Origin: an uncultured Actinomycetes bacterium
Lineage (GTDB): Bacteria > Actinomycetota > Actinomycetes > S36-B12 > CAIYMF01
DNA length: 32,000 nt
Direction: 5' to 3'
Assembly (NCBI GenBank): GCA_963843975.1
Contig: CAWJMG010000003.1
Span: forward strand, 1,350,001 to 1,382,000
Shown here: positions 15,767 through 24,028 of the stretch, piece after piece
Position numbering within the stretch: the first letter of the stretch is position 1
Layout: each line of letters opens with the position of its first letter
Translations under genes and position numbers: made by a program
Notes under the pieces: model-generated
The model's database searches: none
Told to the model about the DNA's origin: nothing
Seen by the model: the letters and a program-made list of their open reading frames with translations, nothing else

Positions 15767-17296
15767 TGGGAGCCTCCTGGGGCGGCGGTGGTCGTGGTGG
15801 CGTATACGGCCTCGAGCAGCGCGTCGGTCGTGGCGCCGCGCAGCTCGAGGAAGCGCTGGCCGGGGCGGTGGACCAGGACGCGGTCGCACACCTCGGCGAG
15901 GTCCGAGGGCTCGCCGCTCACGTAGAGGACGCCGACACCGCTGTCGGCCACGCCCTGGATCGCGGCCAGGATGTCCTGGCGGGCTCCCACGTCGACGGCC
16001 TGCGTGGCCTCGTGGAGCACGAACAGGCTCGGGACGATCGAGAGCCACTTCGCGAACAGCACCTTCTGCTGGTTGCCGCCGCTGAGCTCCTTCACCAGCG
16101 TCGCCGACGTCCGCGTCCTGATCGACAGCCGGTCGATGAGGTCCTCGGCCTGCCTGCGCTGCCACCGGCGTCCGACGAACCACGAGGTCCCCCGGCGGCG
16201 CAGGCTCGGCAGAGCGATGTTGTCGCTGATCGAGAAGCTCGAGCGCGAGGCCGTCCCGGTCGCGGCGCTCCGGCACGAGCGAGACACCGGCCGCCATGCA
16301 GTCGGCCACCGAGGCGCGTCGCAGGTCGAGGTCGCCGGTCCGGGTGCGCAGCACCCCCGATGTCGCCCGGCGCGCCCCGGTGAGGAGGTAGGGCACCGAC
16401 TCGAATCCCGAGCCGGGGAGGCCGGTCAGGCCGACGATCTCGCCCTCCCGCACCTCGAGGTCCACAGCCGCGAGGCCCTCGCCCGCGAGGTCGGACACCC
16501 GCGCGACGACGGGGCGGTCGGACGCGTCGACGCCGCGCGAGGTCAACGCGCCGACCGTCTTGCCCAGCATGAGGCGAGCCATGTCCTGCGAGGTCAGCTC
16601 GCTCGTGCGCAGCGCCCCGCCGGCGACCTTCCCGTCGCGGAGCACCGTGACGCGGTCCGCGAGCGCGAGGACCTCGTCCAGGTTGTGGCTGACCATGAGC
16701 ACGGAGGTGCCCTCCGCGACAACGCGCCGCAGGAGGGCGTGGAACTTGTCGAGCTCCTCGCGCGGGAGGGCTCGCGTGGCCTCGTCCAGGACGATGAGCC
16801 CGGCACCGGGTCGGTGGTCGCGCAGCGCACGCGCGATCGCGATCTCGGCCCGTCGTGCTGCGCCGAGAGCTGCGACGGGCGTGGACGGGTCCACGTCGAC
16901 GTCGAGCCGTGCGAGCACGTCGGAGGCGACGGCGGACTGGCGCTTCCAGTCGATGCGCCGGAGCAAGCGCGAATGGTGATAGCCGCCGACGCCGATGTTG
17001 TCGGAGACGGTCAGCTGGTCGAGCAGCCCGAGGTCCTGGTGGACCACCGAGATGCCCAGGTCCGCGGCCTCCCGCCACTGGACGGGCAGCTGCACGAGCT
17101 GCCCGTCCAGGGCGAGGGACGCTCCGGAGTCCGGGGAGTGGTACCCCGTCAGGATCTTGACGAGGGTCGACTTCCCTGAGCCGTTCTGGCCGACGAGCGC
17201 GTGGATCTCGCCCGGCTCGACGGTGAGCTCGACGTCGTCGAGGACCTTCGTCGAGCCGAACGTCTTGGAGACGTGGCGGGCTTCCAGGCGCTGCAT
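15763..17296 (-). pseudogene. CUT2 sugar-type ABC transporter ATP-binding protein (two fused NBDs, RbsA-like), interrupted by a +1 frame change near 16231-16240
   Basis: NBD1 and the start of NBD2 are in the frame of ORF 14678..17296 (GQNGSGKST, LIVLDEATRAL, ...GVSLVPERRDRDGLALEL). The rest of NBD2 is in the frame of ORF 15763..16287 (SISDNIALPSL...LSGGNQQKVLFAKWL...VDVGARQDI). The span is 1534 nt, which is 511 codons plus 1 nt. Confidence 0.85.
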
Positions 17297-17331
17297 CGGA
17301 TCTTCCCGTCTTCGCTGGTGGTGCGTCGGAC

Positions 17332-18537
17332 CTACTTGACGCCCCAGGCGGCGAGGAACGTCGCCTTGAAGGCCTCGTCGCCGTACCAGTTCGAGGTCAG
17401 GTACTCCTCGGGCGTGAGGGTGAGGTCGCCGATGTTCGACGAGTCGAAGTAGCGGCCGACCGCCTTGTCGTCGGGGGTGACGGCGTCGCCCGCGAGGAGC
17501 TGGCCGAGGGCGTTGGCGTAGGTCCAGCCGGTGTAGATGACCGGGTTGCCGAAGTCGCCGGCCTGGGTGCCCGCCTTGACGGCCTGCAGGTTGGCGAGGT
17601 CACCCGAGGCGGAGACCACGACGAGGTCGGACTTTCCCGCCGTCTTGGCACCCTGAACGGCCGGGGGCACGAACGAGTCCACCGGGACGAACAGCGTGTT
17701 GATGTCGGGGTTCTTGACCAACGCGGCGCTCACGGCGGAGGCGAGCTTGTCGATGTTCGCAGTGGTGAAGTCGACGGTCGCGAGAGCGCACGTCGGGCAG
17801 ATCTCCTTGTAGCTGGCGATGCCGGCGTCGCTGGCGTTCGTCGTCGTGCTGGAGTCGAGGAGGCGCAGCCACAGGCCGTTGGTGTCGGTGCCGCTCTTGG
17901 CCAGACCGGACTTCGTGATCACGTCGTAGATCCCGTTGACGCGCTCGGTCGGGTCGAAGAAGCCGAGCTTGGGGCCGACCTTGGCGTCACCCGAGGCCGG
18001 GACGCCGCCGACGAGGACGGGGATGCCCTGACCGGTGAGGGCGTCGAAGGCGTTCGGCAGCATGGCGTAGTCGATGAACGCGGTCACGACCGCGCCGGCG
18101 CCCTGCTCGCCGGACTGCTTGAGGCAGTTGCCGACCTCGGCCGGGTTGAACTTGCCATCGCACAGCTTGAACGTTCCGCCGGCGGCCTCGACCGCCTGCT
18201 TGAAGCCCTCGCCGATGCCGTGGATGACCGGGACGGCGTCGCCGATCGGGATCCACCAGACGGTCTTGCCCTTGATGTCGAGGGGCTTGGACGGGGCGGT
18301 CGGCGCGGGCCAGGCCACAGGAGCCTTCAGCGCGTCGAGCTCGGCCTGGACCGCGGCGATCGGGTCGGCGGCCGCGGAGGAGCTCGAGGCCGCGGGGGTC
18401 GAGGAGCTCGCCGCAGCGGAGCTGGACGTGGTCCCGGAGCTGCTGCTGCCGCAGGCGGCGAGCAGCAGGGCGGCCGCAGCGGCGGCGGACACGGCGACCT
18501 TCGACCGGAGGCCGGTCGAGCGAGTCGTGAGGGTCAT
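17332..18537 (-). CDS. ABC transporter substrate-binding lipoprotein (periplasmic-binding-protein type I, sugar-binding-like)
   Basis: Start at ATG 18537 (MTLTTRSTGLRSKVAVS). Signal peptide with lipobox LLLAAC|GSS, then a Ser/Ala/Thr-rich linker, then a PBP1-like body (KTVWWIPIGDAVPV...IPVLVGG...). It is the first gene of the SBP-ATPase-permease operon. Confidence 0.8.
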   Translation of the reverse strand: MTLTTRSTGLRSKVAVSAAAAAALLLAACGSSSSGTTSSSAAASSSTPAASSSSAAADPIAAVQAELDALKAPVAWPAPTAPSKPLDIKGKTVWWIPIGDAVPVIHGIGEGFKQAVEAAGGTFKLCDGKFNPAEVGNCLKQSGEQGAGAVVTAFIDYAMLPNAFDALTGQGIPVLVGGVPASGDAKVGPKLGFFDPTERVNGIYDVITKSGLAKSGTDTNGLWLRLLDSSTTTNASDAGIASYKEICPTCALATVDFTTANIDKLASAVSAALVKNPDINTLFVPVDSFVPPAVQGAKTAGKSDLVVVSASGDLANLQAVKAGTQAGDFGNPVIYTGWTYANALGQLLAGDAVTPDDKAVGRYFDSSNIGDLTLTPEEYLTSNWYGDEAFKATFLAAWGVK

Positions 18538-18854
18538 GTCGGATCCTTCAGGTCGAGCCGCAGGTGCGGCGATGCAGGAGGAACTCCGGCGGCGGGAGCC
18601 TGGTGCGCCGGGAGGGCGTGCGGTCCGAACCCGACCCGGTGGTCCGGGCAACGTTCGGCGTGCGCATCAGGATGGGGACGGCGCCCACGTGGCGGAATGA
18701 CGCCGTGCCGCTCGCTGGAACGACCGCTCCAGATGGTTCGGGGCGCCCGCGTGACGTCACCCGACCGTGACCTCGGTCCCCCGGTCGTGCCGTGACCGTT
18801 CCGGCCAGCGGTCCGACGCGCTGGACCGGCTCCCCCGGGCTTCCTAGCCTCGTC

Positions 18855-18879
18855 GAAACGTCGCCGTAGCGAACGTTTC
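18855..18879. promoter_or_regulatory. inverted repeat GAAACGT-N11-ACGTTTC just upstream of the eight-gene operon (candidate operator or 5'-UTR hairpin)
   Basis: Perfect 7-bp arms in an AT-richer patch. It ends 9 nt before the GAGGAG RBS and 20 nt before ATG 18899. Confidence 0.4.
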
Positions 18880-18898
18880 AGTGCTCCCGAGGAGAACC

Positions 18899-19828
18899 AT
18901 GCCGTCGCCCGAGCTGCCGCCCGCCCTGGCGTCCGCCAGCCCCGCGGACCGCCGAGAACGGCTCCGTGCCGTGCTCGCATCCGGCCAGACGCTCCTGCTG
19001 CCCGGAGCGGCAGACGCTGCCGGCGCCCTGCTCGTGGAGATGGCCGGGTTCGACGCGGTGTACGCCACCGGCGCCGGCATCTCCAACGCGCAGTTCGGGC
19101 TGCCCGACATCGGCCTCGTGTCGCAGACCGAGATCCTCGGGCAGCTCATGCGGATGGTGGCCGCCACCGACCTCCCCGTGCTGGCCGACGTCGACACCGG
19201 CTATGGCAACGTGCCGTCGGTCATCCGCACAGTGCAGCTCTTCGAGCGGGCGGGAGCGTCCGCGCTGCAGCTGGAGGACCAGGCGTTCCCCAAGCGGTGC
19301 GGCCACTTCGACGGCCACACGCTCATCGAGCAGCGAGAGATGCAGGCCAAGATCGCCGCAGCGGTGGCCGCCCGCACGGACCCGAACCTCGTCGTGATCG
19401 CACGCACGGATGCTCGAGGCGTGCTGGGCCTCGACGAGGCGCTACGGCGCGGACACGCATACCTGGAAGCCGGTGCCGACGCCCTCTTCGTCGAGGCTCC
19501 GCAGGGTGTCGAGGAGATGGCCCGCATCGGTCTGGAGTTCACGGGGGTCCCCCTGCTCGCGAACATCGTCGAGGGCGGCAAGACCCCACCGCTTCCCGTC
19601 GACGAGCTCCACGGGCTCGGCTTCTCGATCGTGCTCTATGCCAACTTCCTCATGCGCGTCATGCTCCACGCCGGCAAGGAGGCGCTGGGGCACCTGCGCA
19701 CGACCGGTGAGAGCGCGTCGTACGCCGACCGCATGCTGTCGTGGCAGGACCGGCAGGCGATGTTCCGGCTCGCCGACTTCGGCGACAGCGAGGACACCTT
19801 CCTCGCCGCCTGGGGCGCCGGCTCGTGA
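18899..19828 (+). CDS. isocitrate lyase / PEP mutase superfamily enzyme, lyase clade (methylisocitrate / dimethylmalate lyase-like)
   Basis: LLLPGAADAAGA, ADVDTGYGN and EDQAFPKRCGHFDGH (the K[KR]CGH lyase signature). GAGGAG RBS before ATG 18899; the track ORF starts at GTG 18881. Confidence 0.85.
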   Translation: MPSPELPPALASASPADRRERLRAVLASGQTLLLPGAADAAGALLVEMAGFDAVYATGAGISNAQFGLPDIGLVSQTEILGQLMRMVAATDLPVLADVDTGYGNVPSVIRTVQLFERAGASALQLEDQAFPKRCGHFDGHTLIEQREMQAKIAAAVAARTDPNLVVIARTDARGVLGLDEALRRGHAYLEAGADALFVEAPQGVEEMARIGLEFTGVPLLANIVEGGKTPPLPVDELHGLGFSIVLYANFLMRVMLHAGKEALGHLRTTGESASYADRMLSWQDRQAMFRLADFGDSEDTFLAAWGAGS

Positions 19829-21234
19829 GCGTGCACACCCTCGCCTCGGCGCTCGCCACCCGTCCGCGGCCCGACGTCGTCGTGCTCGGTGCGGGCCAGG
19901 CCGGCCTCACGGCCGCCGTCGCCGCTGCGCAGCAGGGTGCCACCGTCCTCGTGCTCGAGAAGCTGGCGTACGCCGGCGGCTCGACGTCGATGAGCTCGGG
20001 GCTCACGGCGTACGCAGGGACTGACGAGCAGCGAGAGCTGGGCATCGAGGACTCGGTCGAGGCGCTCAAGGCCGACATCCTGGCTACCGGCCAGCACCGG
20101 AACGACGAAGCACTGGTCGACGCCTACTGCCGGGAGCAGCTCACCACCTACCGCTGGCTCAAAGGCCTCGGTGTCGAGTACGGCCACATCCACGCGGCCT
20201 CGGGCCAGAGCGTCCCGCGCTCGCACGCCACCGACCCGAGCCGGATGATCGACACGCTCGTGAAGCGCGCCGAGGAGCTCGGCGTCGCGATCGTCTACGG
20301 CGTCCGCGCATTCCAGCTGATCGTCGCGGACGACACCGTCACCGGCGTCCTCTGCGAGGTCAACGGCAGCCTCACCGACGTGCCCGCCGGCGCGGTCGTG
20401 CTCGCGACGGGCGGATTCAGCCGCAACATCGAGCTGCTCGAGCGCTTCGTGCCCCAGATGGTTCACGCGATCCATGGGGGCTCCCCCGGCTCGGAGGGCG
20501 ACGGCCTGCTCATGGGCTGGAAGGTCGGCGCCGACTTCCGCGACACCCCGTACGTCAAGGGGACCTTCGGCATCTACCCCGGCGACGACCCCCGCGAGGG
20601 GGGTACCGGGATCCTCGCGGTCTACAAGGGCGCGATCGCGGTGAACCTGGCTGGGCGACGGTTCGTCGACGAGTCCCTTCCCTACAAGGCGATCGGGGAC
20701 GCGTGCCTGGCCCAGGAGGGGCACGTGGCCTGGCAGGTGTTCGACGAGCAGGTCATGGCCAAGGACGACCCCGAGGTGCACATCTACTGGTTCTCGGGAC
20801 GGCTCGCGACCGGCCTGCTCGAGACCGCCGACACCCTCGAGGGGCTCGCCGTGAAGATCGGTGTGCCGGTCGAGGACCTCCTCGACTCGGTCGCGTCCTA
20901 CAACGCCGCCGTGCGCGGCGAGCGCCCGGACGAGTTCGGGCGGACGTCGCTGTCCGGATCCTCCGACCGGCCGACCGAGGTCGTCGAGCCCCCGTTCTAC
21001 GCACACCTTTCCGGCGCGTCGGTGCTCGCGACCTACTGCGGGCTCACGGTCGACCCGGAGACGCACGTGCTCGACGTCTACGGGGAGCAGATCCCCGGCC
21101 TCTTCGCAGCAGGCGAGGTGACCGGCGGCTTCCACGGGGCGGGGTACGTGACCGGGACGTCGGTCGGCAAGTCCGGCGTCTTCGGCCGTATCGCGGGCCG
21201 GGCGGCAGCGGAGCATGCCGGGGTGCGCACATGA
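19825..21234 (+). CDS. FAD-binding dehydrogenase/reductase, soluble fumarate reductase / urocanate reductase / KstD (FAD_binding_2) family, copy 1
   Basis: DVVVLGAGQAGLTAAV...LEK...AGGSTSMSSGL...GIEDS...ATGGFS...PGLFAAGEVTGG. The GTG 19825 start overlaps the upstream stop (GTGA). Confidence 0.8.
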   Translation: MSVHTLASALATRPRPDVVVLGAGQAGLTAAVAAAQQGATVLVLEKLAYAGGSTSMSSGLTAYAGTDEQRELGIEDSVEALKADILATGQHRNDEALVDAYCREQLTTYRWLKGLGVEYGHIHAASGQSVPRSHATDPSRMIDTLVKRAEELGVAIVYGVRAFQLIVADDTVTGVLCEVNGSLTDVPAGAVVLATGGFSRNIELLERFVPQMVHAIHGGSPGSEGDGLLMGWKVGADFRDTPYVKGTFGIYPGDDPREGGTGILAVYKGAIAVNLAGRRFVDESLPYKAIGDACLAQEGHVAWQVFDEQVMAKDDPEVHIYWFSGRLATGLLETADTLEGLAVKIGVPVEDLLDSVASYNAAVRGERPDEFGRTSLSGSSDRPTEVVEPPFYAHLSGASVLATYCGLTVDPETHVLDVYGEQIPGLFAAGEVTGGFHGAGYVTGTSVGKSGVFGRIAGRAAAEHAGVRT

Positions 21235-22001
21235 CCGATCTGTTCAGCCTCGAGGGCCGGGTGGCACTCGTGGTCGGCGCGGCCGAAGGTGGCCTCGGCG
21301 CGTACGCCGCACGTGCGCTGCACGACGCCGGCGCGACCGTCGCGCTCGCCGACCTCGTGTCGCGCGAGGCAGATCTGGCTGCGACGGCGCACGCGTGCGG
21401 GTCCGCTGCCACCACGCACGCGGTCGACGTCACCGACGCAGCCTCGGTCACCGACCTCGTCGACGGTGTGGTCGCTGCCCACGGCCGCGTCGATGTGCTC
21501 GTCGCCTGCGCCGGCGCGATGCTCCGCCGCGAGATCGAGGCGACCGAACCGTCCGAGTGGCAGCGCATCATCGACGTCAACCTCACCGGGACGTGGCTGC
21601 TGGACCGCGCCGTGCTCGGGCCGATGCGGCAGCAGGGCTACGGCCGCATCGTGAACTTCTCCACGGTGTACGCCGAGCGCGTCGGCCCGATCCCGGAGTC
21701 GGCGTACTACGCGGCCAAGGCGGGCATCGCCAACGTGACGAGGGCGGTGGCCTCCGAGGCCGGCCGTGACGGGATCACCGCGAACTGCCTCGCACCCGCC
21801 GTCTTCTACCCCACGCGCATGACCGCGCCCCTCGCCGACGACCCCGAGCGGCTCGAGTGGTTCACGGCGCGGACGATGCTCGGCCGTCTCGGCGACCCCG
21901 CGACGGACCTCACGGGCCCGCTGCTGCTCCTCGCGAGCGACGCAGGCGCGTACCTGACAGGACAGATCCTCTACGTGGACGGCGGTTGGTCAGCATGGTG
22001 A
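21231..22001 (+). CDS. short-chain dehydrogenase/reductase (SDR)
   Basis: GRVALVVGAAEGGLG, NFSTVY, YYAAKAG (YxxxK) and ITANCLAPA. ATGA overlap with the upstream stop. Confidence 0.85.
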   Translation: MTDLFSLEGRVALVVGAAEGGLGAYAARALHDAGATVALADLVSREADLAATAHACGSAATTHAVDVTDAASVTDLVDGVVAAHGRVDVLVACAGAMLRREIEATEPSEWQRIIDVNLTGTWLLDRAVLGPMRQQGYGRIVNFSTVYAERVGPIPESAYYAAKAGIANVTRAVASEAGRDGITANCLAPAVFYPTRMTAPLADDPERLEWFTARTMLGRLGDPATDLTGPLLLLASDAGAYLTGQILYVDGGWSAW

Positions 22002-22591
22002 AGAACTCGGCACTGATCCTGGTGGACTACCAGGTCGCGCTCTGCGAGGAGGGCGACCTCTGCCGCCTGCCCGCGCTGGCTGCGCAGGTGCGCGAGCGCG
22101 ACGTCCTGGGACGGGCGTCGACGGTGCTTGAGGCCGCCCGCGCGGCCGGTGTTTACGTCGTCCACGTGCGTCTCGCATTCGACCCGACGTACGAGCTGCG
22201 CTCGAACCGCACGAAGCGCTGGGACGCCTACCCGGCGGACCGAGCGATGCTCGCCGACTCCCCCGCCGCGCAGATCGTCACGACGCTGGCACCCGCCGAG
22301 GGTGAGCCGGTTGTCGTCAAGGGGAGCGTCGACCCGTTCGTCGGCACGTCGCTCACCAACATGCTGCTCGGCAACGGGATCCGGTCGATCGCGGTCGCCG
22401 GCGTCGCCACCAACCTGGCAGTGGAGTCGGCGGTGCGCCACGCAGGCGACACCGGTTTCGACGTCACCGTCATCGAGGACCTCTGCGCCTCGTTCTCGCC
22501 TGCCGCGCACGAGTTCTCGATCGGCACGATCCTCCCGATGTTCGCCACCGTCGCCTCCAGCGACGACTATCTCGCATCCCTGGAGGGCTGA
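21995..22591 (+). CDS. isochorismatase-family (cysteine-hydrolase-like, RutB-like) protein with the nucleophile Cys replaced by Ala
   Basis: ALILVDYQ (Asp), VVVKGSVDPF (Lys) and VAGVATNLAVESAVRHAG, where the family has TNxCVEST. The ATG 21995 start overlaps the SDR stop by 7 nt (ATGGTGA). Confidence 0.8.
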   Translation: MVKNSALILVDYQVALCEEGDLCRLPALAAQVRERDVLGRASTVLEAARAAGVYVVHVRLAFDPTYELRSNRTKRWDAYPADRAMLADSPAAQIVTTLAPAEGEPVVVKGSVDPFVGTSLTNMLLGNGIRSIAVAGVATNLAVESAVRHAGDTGFDVTVIEDLCASFSPAAHEFSIGTILPMFATVASSDDYLASLEG

Positions 22592-22594
22592 GCG

Positions 22595-24028
22595 GTGTCG
22601 CACGAGTTCAACGTCGTCGTCGTGGGATCCGGCATCGCCGGACTGTCGGCGGCGATCTCCGCCCTGGAGTCGGGTGCCCGCGTGGCCGTCGTCGAGCGGG
22701 CGACGCCCGAGGAGAGCGGCGGCAACACCCGCTACACCGAGGCGTTCCTGCGCATGGAGACGATCGAGAAGCCGTCCGACGACCTCGAGGACCGGCTCCT
22801 GGGCGACCACATGGGTCACCCGGACCCGGGGGTCCTCGCCGATGCGATGGCCGAGCGCTCGTCGTGGTCGCAGCCGATGCGCACTCTCGACGTGGCGGAC
22901 GGCGAGATGGTGATGCGGCTCGCCGAGGAGGCGCCCGCGACCCTCGAATGGCTGACGTCGCACGGCATGCGGTTCGACGCCCTGCCGACTCCGTTCCTCA
23001 CCCAGGGCGCGCCCCGCATGTCGCCGGTCGGAGGTGGCTGGGAGCTGGTGACGACCCTGAGCGCGCGCGCACGTGCACTCGGCGCCCAGTACTTCTACGA
23101 GACGACCGCCCTCGGCCTGGTGCTCGACGACGCCCACCGCGTCATCGGCGTCCGCACCTCCCCGGCCGGCGTGATCTCCGGCCGGGTGGTGCTTGCCGCC
23201 GGAGGCTTCGAGGGCAACAGCGAGATGCTCGCCCGCTACATGGGACCTGGCGCGATCAACACGCGACCGGTGGCGCGCGGCGGCCACTACAACAAGGGCG
23301 AGGGCATCGAGATGGCGCTAGCGATCGGCGCCGCCGGGGCGGGCAACTTCTCGCTCTTCCACGCCGAGCCGATCGACCCGCGGTCAGGCGTGGCCGAGGC
23401 GGCGATCTTCGCGTTCAACTACGGGATCCTCGTGAACTCCGAGGGCGAGCGGTTCGTCGACGAGGCCCGCGGCACGATCGACGCCTGGTACGAGCGCGTG
23501 ACGCGCGAGATCCACGCCCAGACCGAGGGAATCGCGTGGTGGGTCTACGACCAGCGCGGCGCGAGCGTGCCGAACATCTCGGTGGGCATCCGCACCGACC
23601 AACCGCCGGTGTCCGCACCCACGATCGAGGAGCTCGCGGTCCGGATCGGCGTTCCGGTCGCTGCGCTCTCGGCGACGGTCGCGGAGTTCAACGCTGCGTG
23701 CCCTGACGAGGCCGGCTTCGACCACAGCCGGCCGGACGGCCTCGCCACGACCGGGCTCGACGTACCGAAGTCGAACTGGTCGCGGCCGATCGAGGAGGGT
23801 CCGTTCCTGGCCTATCCGATCATCGCCGCGAACGTGTTCACGTTCGGCGGCCTGCGCACCGACTCCGAGGCCAAGGTCGTGAACCGCTCCGGCGAGCCGA
23901 TCCCGGGCCTCTACGCGGCCGGCGAGATCACCGGCATGTACTACACGAACTACACCGGCTCGACCTCGGTGCTCCGCGGGGCGGTCTTCGGTCGCGTGGC
24001 GGGCGCGAACGCGGCGGCCTCAGCATGA
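22595..24028 (+). CDS. FAD-dependent oxidoreductase, tricarballylate dehydrogenase TcuA-like (FAD_binding_2), copy 2
   Basis: NVVVVGSGIAGLSAAISALESGARVAVVER...SGGNTRYTEA...AAGGFEGN...PGLYAAGEITG. GTG start 3 nt after the upstream stop, preceded by GGAGGG. Confidence 0.75.
   Translation: MSHEFNVVVVGSGIAGLSAAISALESGARVAVVERATPEESGGNTRYTEAFLRMETIEKPSDDLEDRLLGDHMGHPDPGVLADAMAERSSWSQPMRTLDVADGEMVMRLAEEAPATLEWLTSHGMRFDALPTPFLTQGAPRMSPVGGGWELVTTLSARARALGAQYFYETTALGLVLDDAHRVIGVRTSPAGVISGRVVLAAGGFEGNSEMLARYMGPGAINTRPVARGGHYNKGEGIEMALAIGAAGAGNFSLFHAEPIDPRSGVAEAAIFAFNYGILVNSEGERFVDEARGTIDAWYERVTREIHAQTEGIAWWVYDQRGASVPNISVGIRTDQPPVSAPTIEELAVRIGVPVAALSATVAEFNAACPDEAGFDHSRPDGLATTGLDVPKSNWSRPIEEGPFLAYPIIAANVFTFGGLRTDSEAKVVNRSGEPIPGLYAAGEITGMYYTNYTGSTSVLRGAVFGRVAGANAAASA

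Noticed and set aside
16232-16242. Treating the shared 11-mer TCGAGCTTCTC (also at 27338-27348) as a dispersed repeat or mobile-element scar
   Set aside because: Only 11 nt are shared, the flanks are unrelated, and there are no terminal repeats or target duplications. In 64 kb of two-strand sequence many 11-mers recur by chance. The unusual part is only its coincidence with both frame breaks, which is reported as a finding instead.
14678-17296. The 872-aa ORF, which looks like a natural ATPase-permease fusion protein
   Set aside because: Its middle third (about 15767-16235 in that frame) is Arg/Pro/Gly nonsense. An overlapping frame encodes a canonical second NBD (LSGGNQQK etc.) that ends in a GTGA junction with a normal RBS-preceded permease start. 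The long ORF is a frame-break artefact kept open by high GC.
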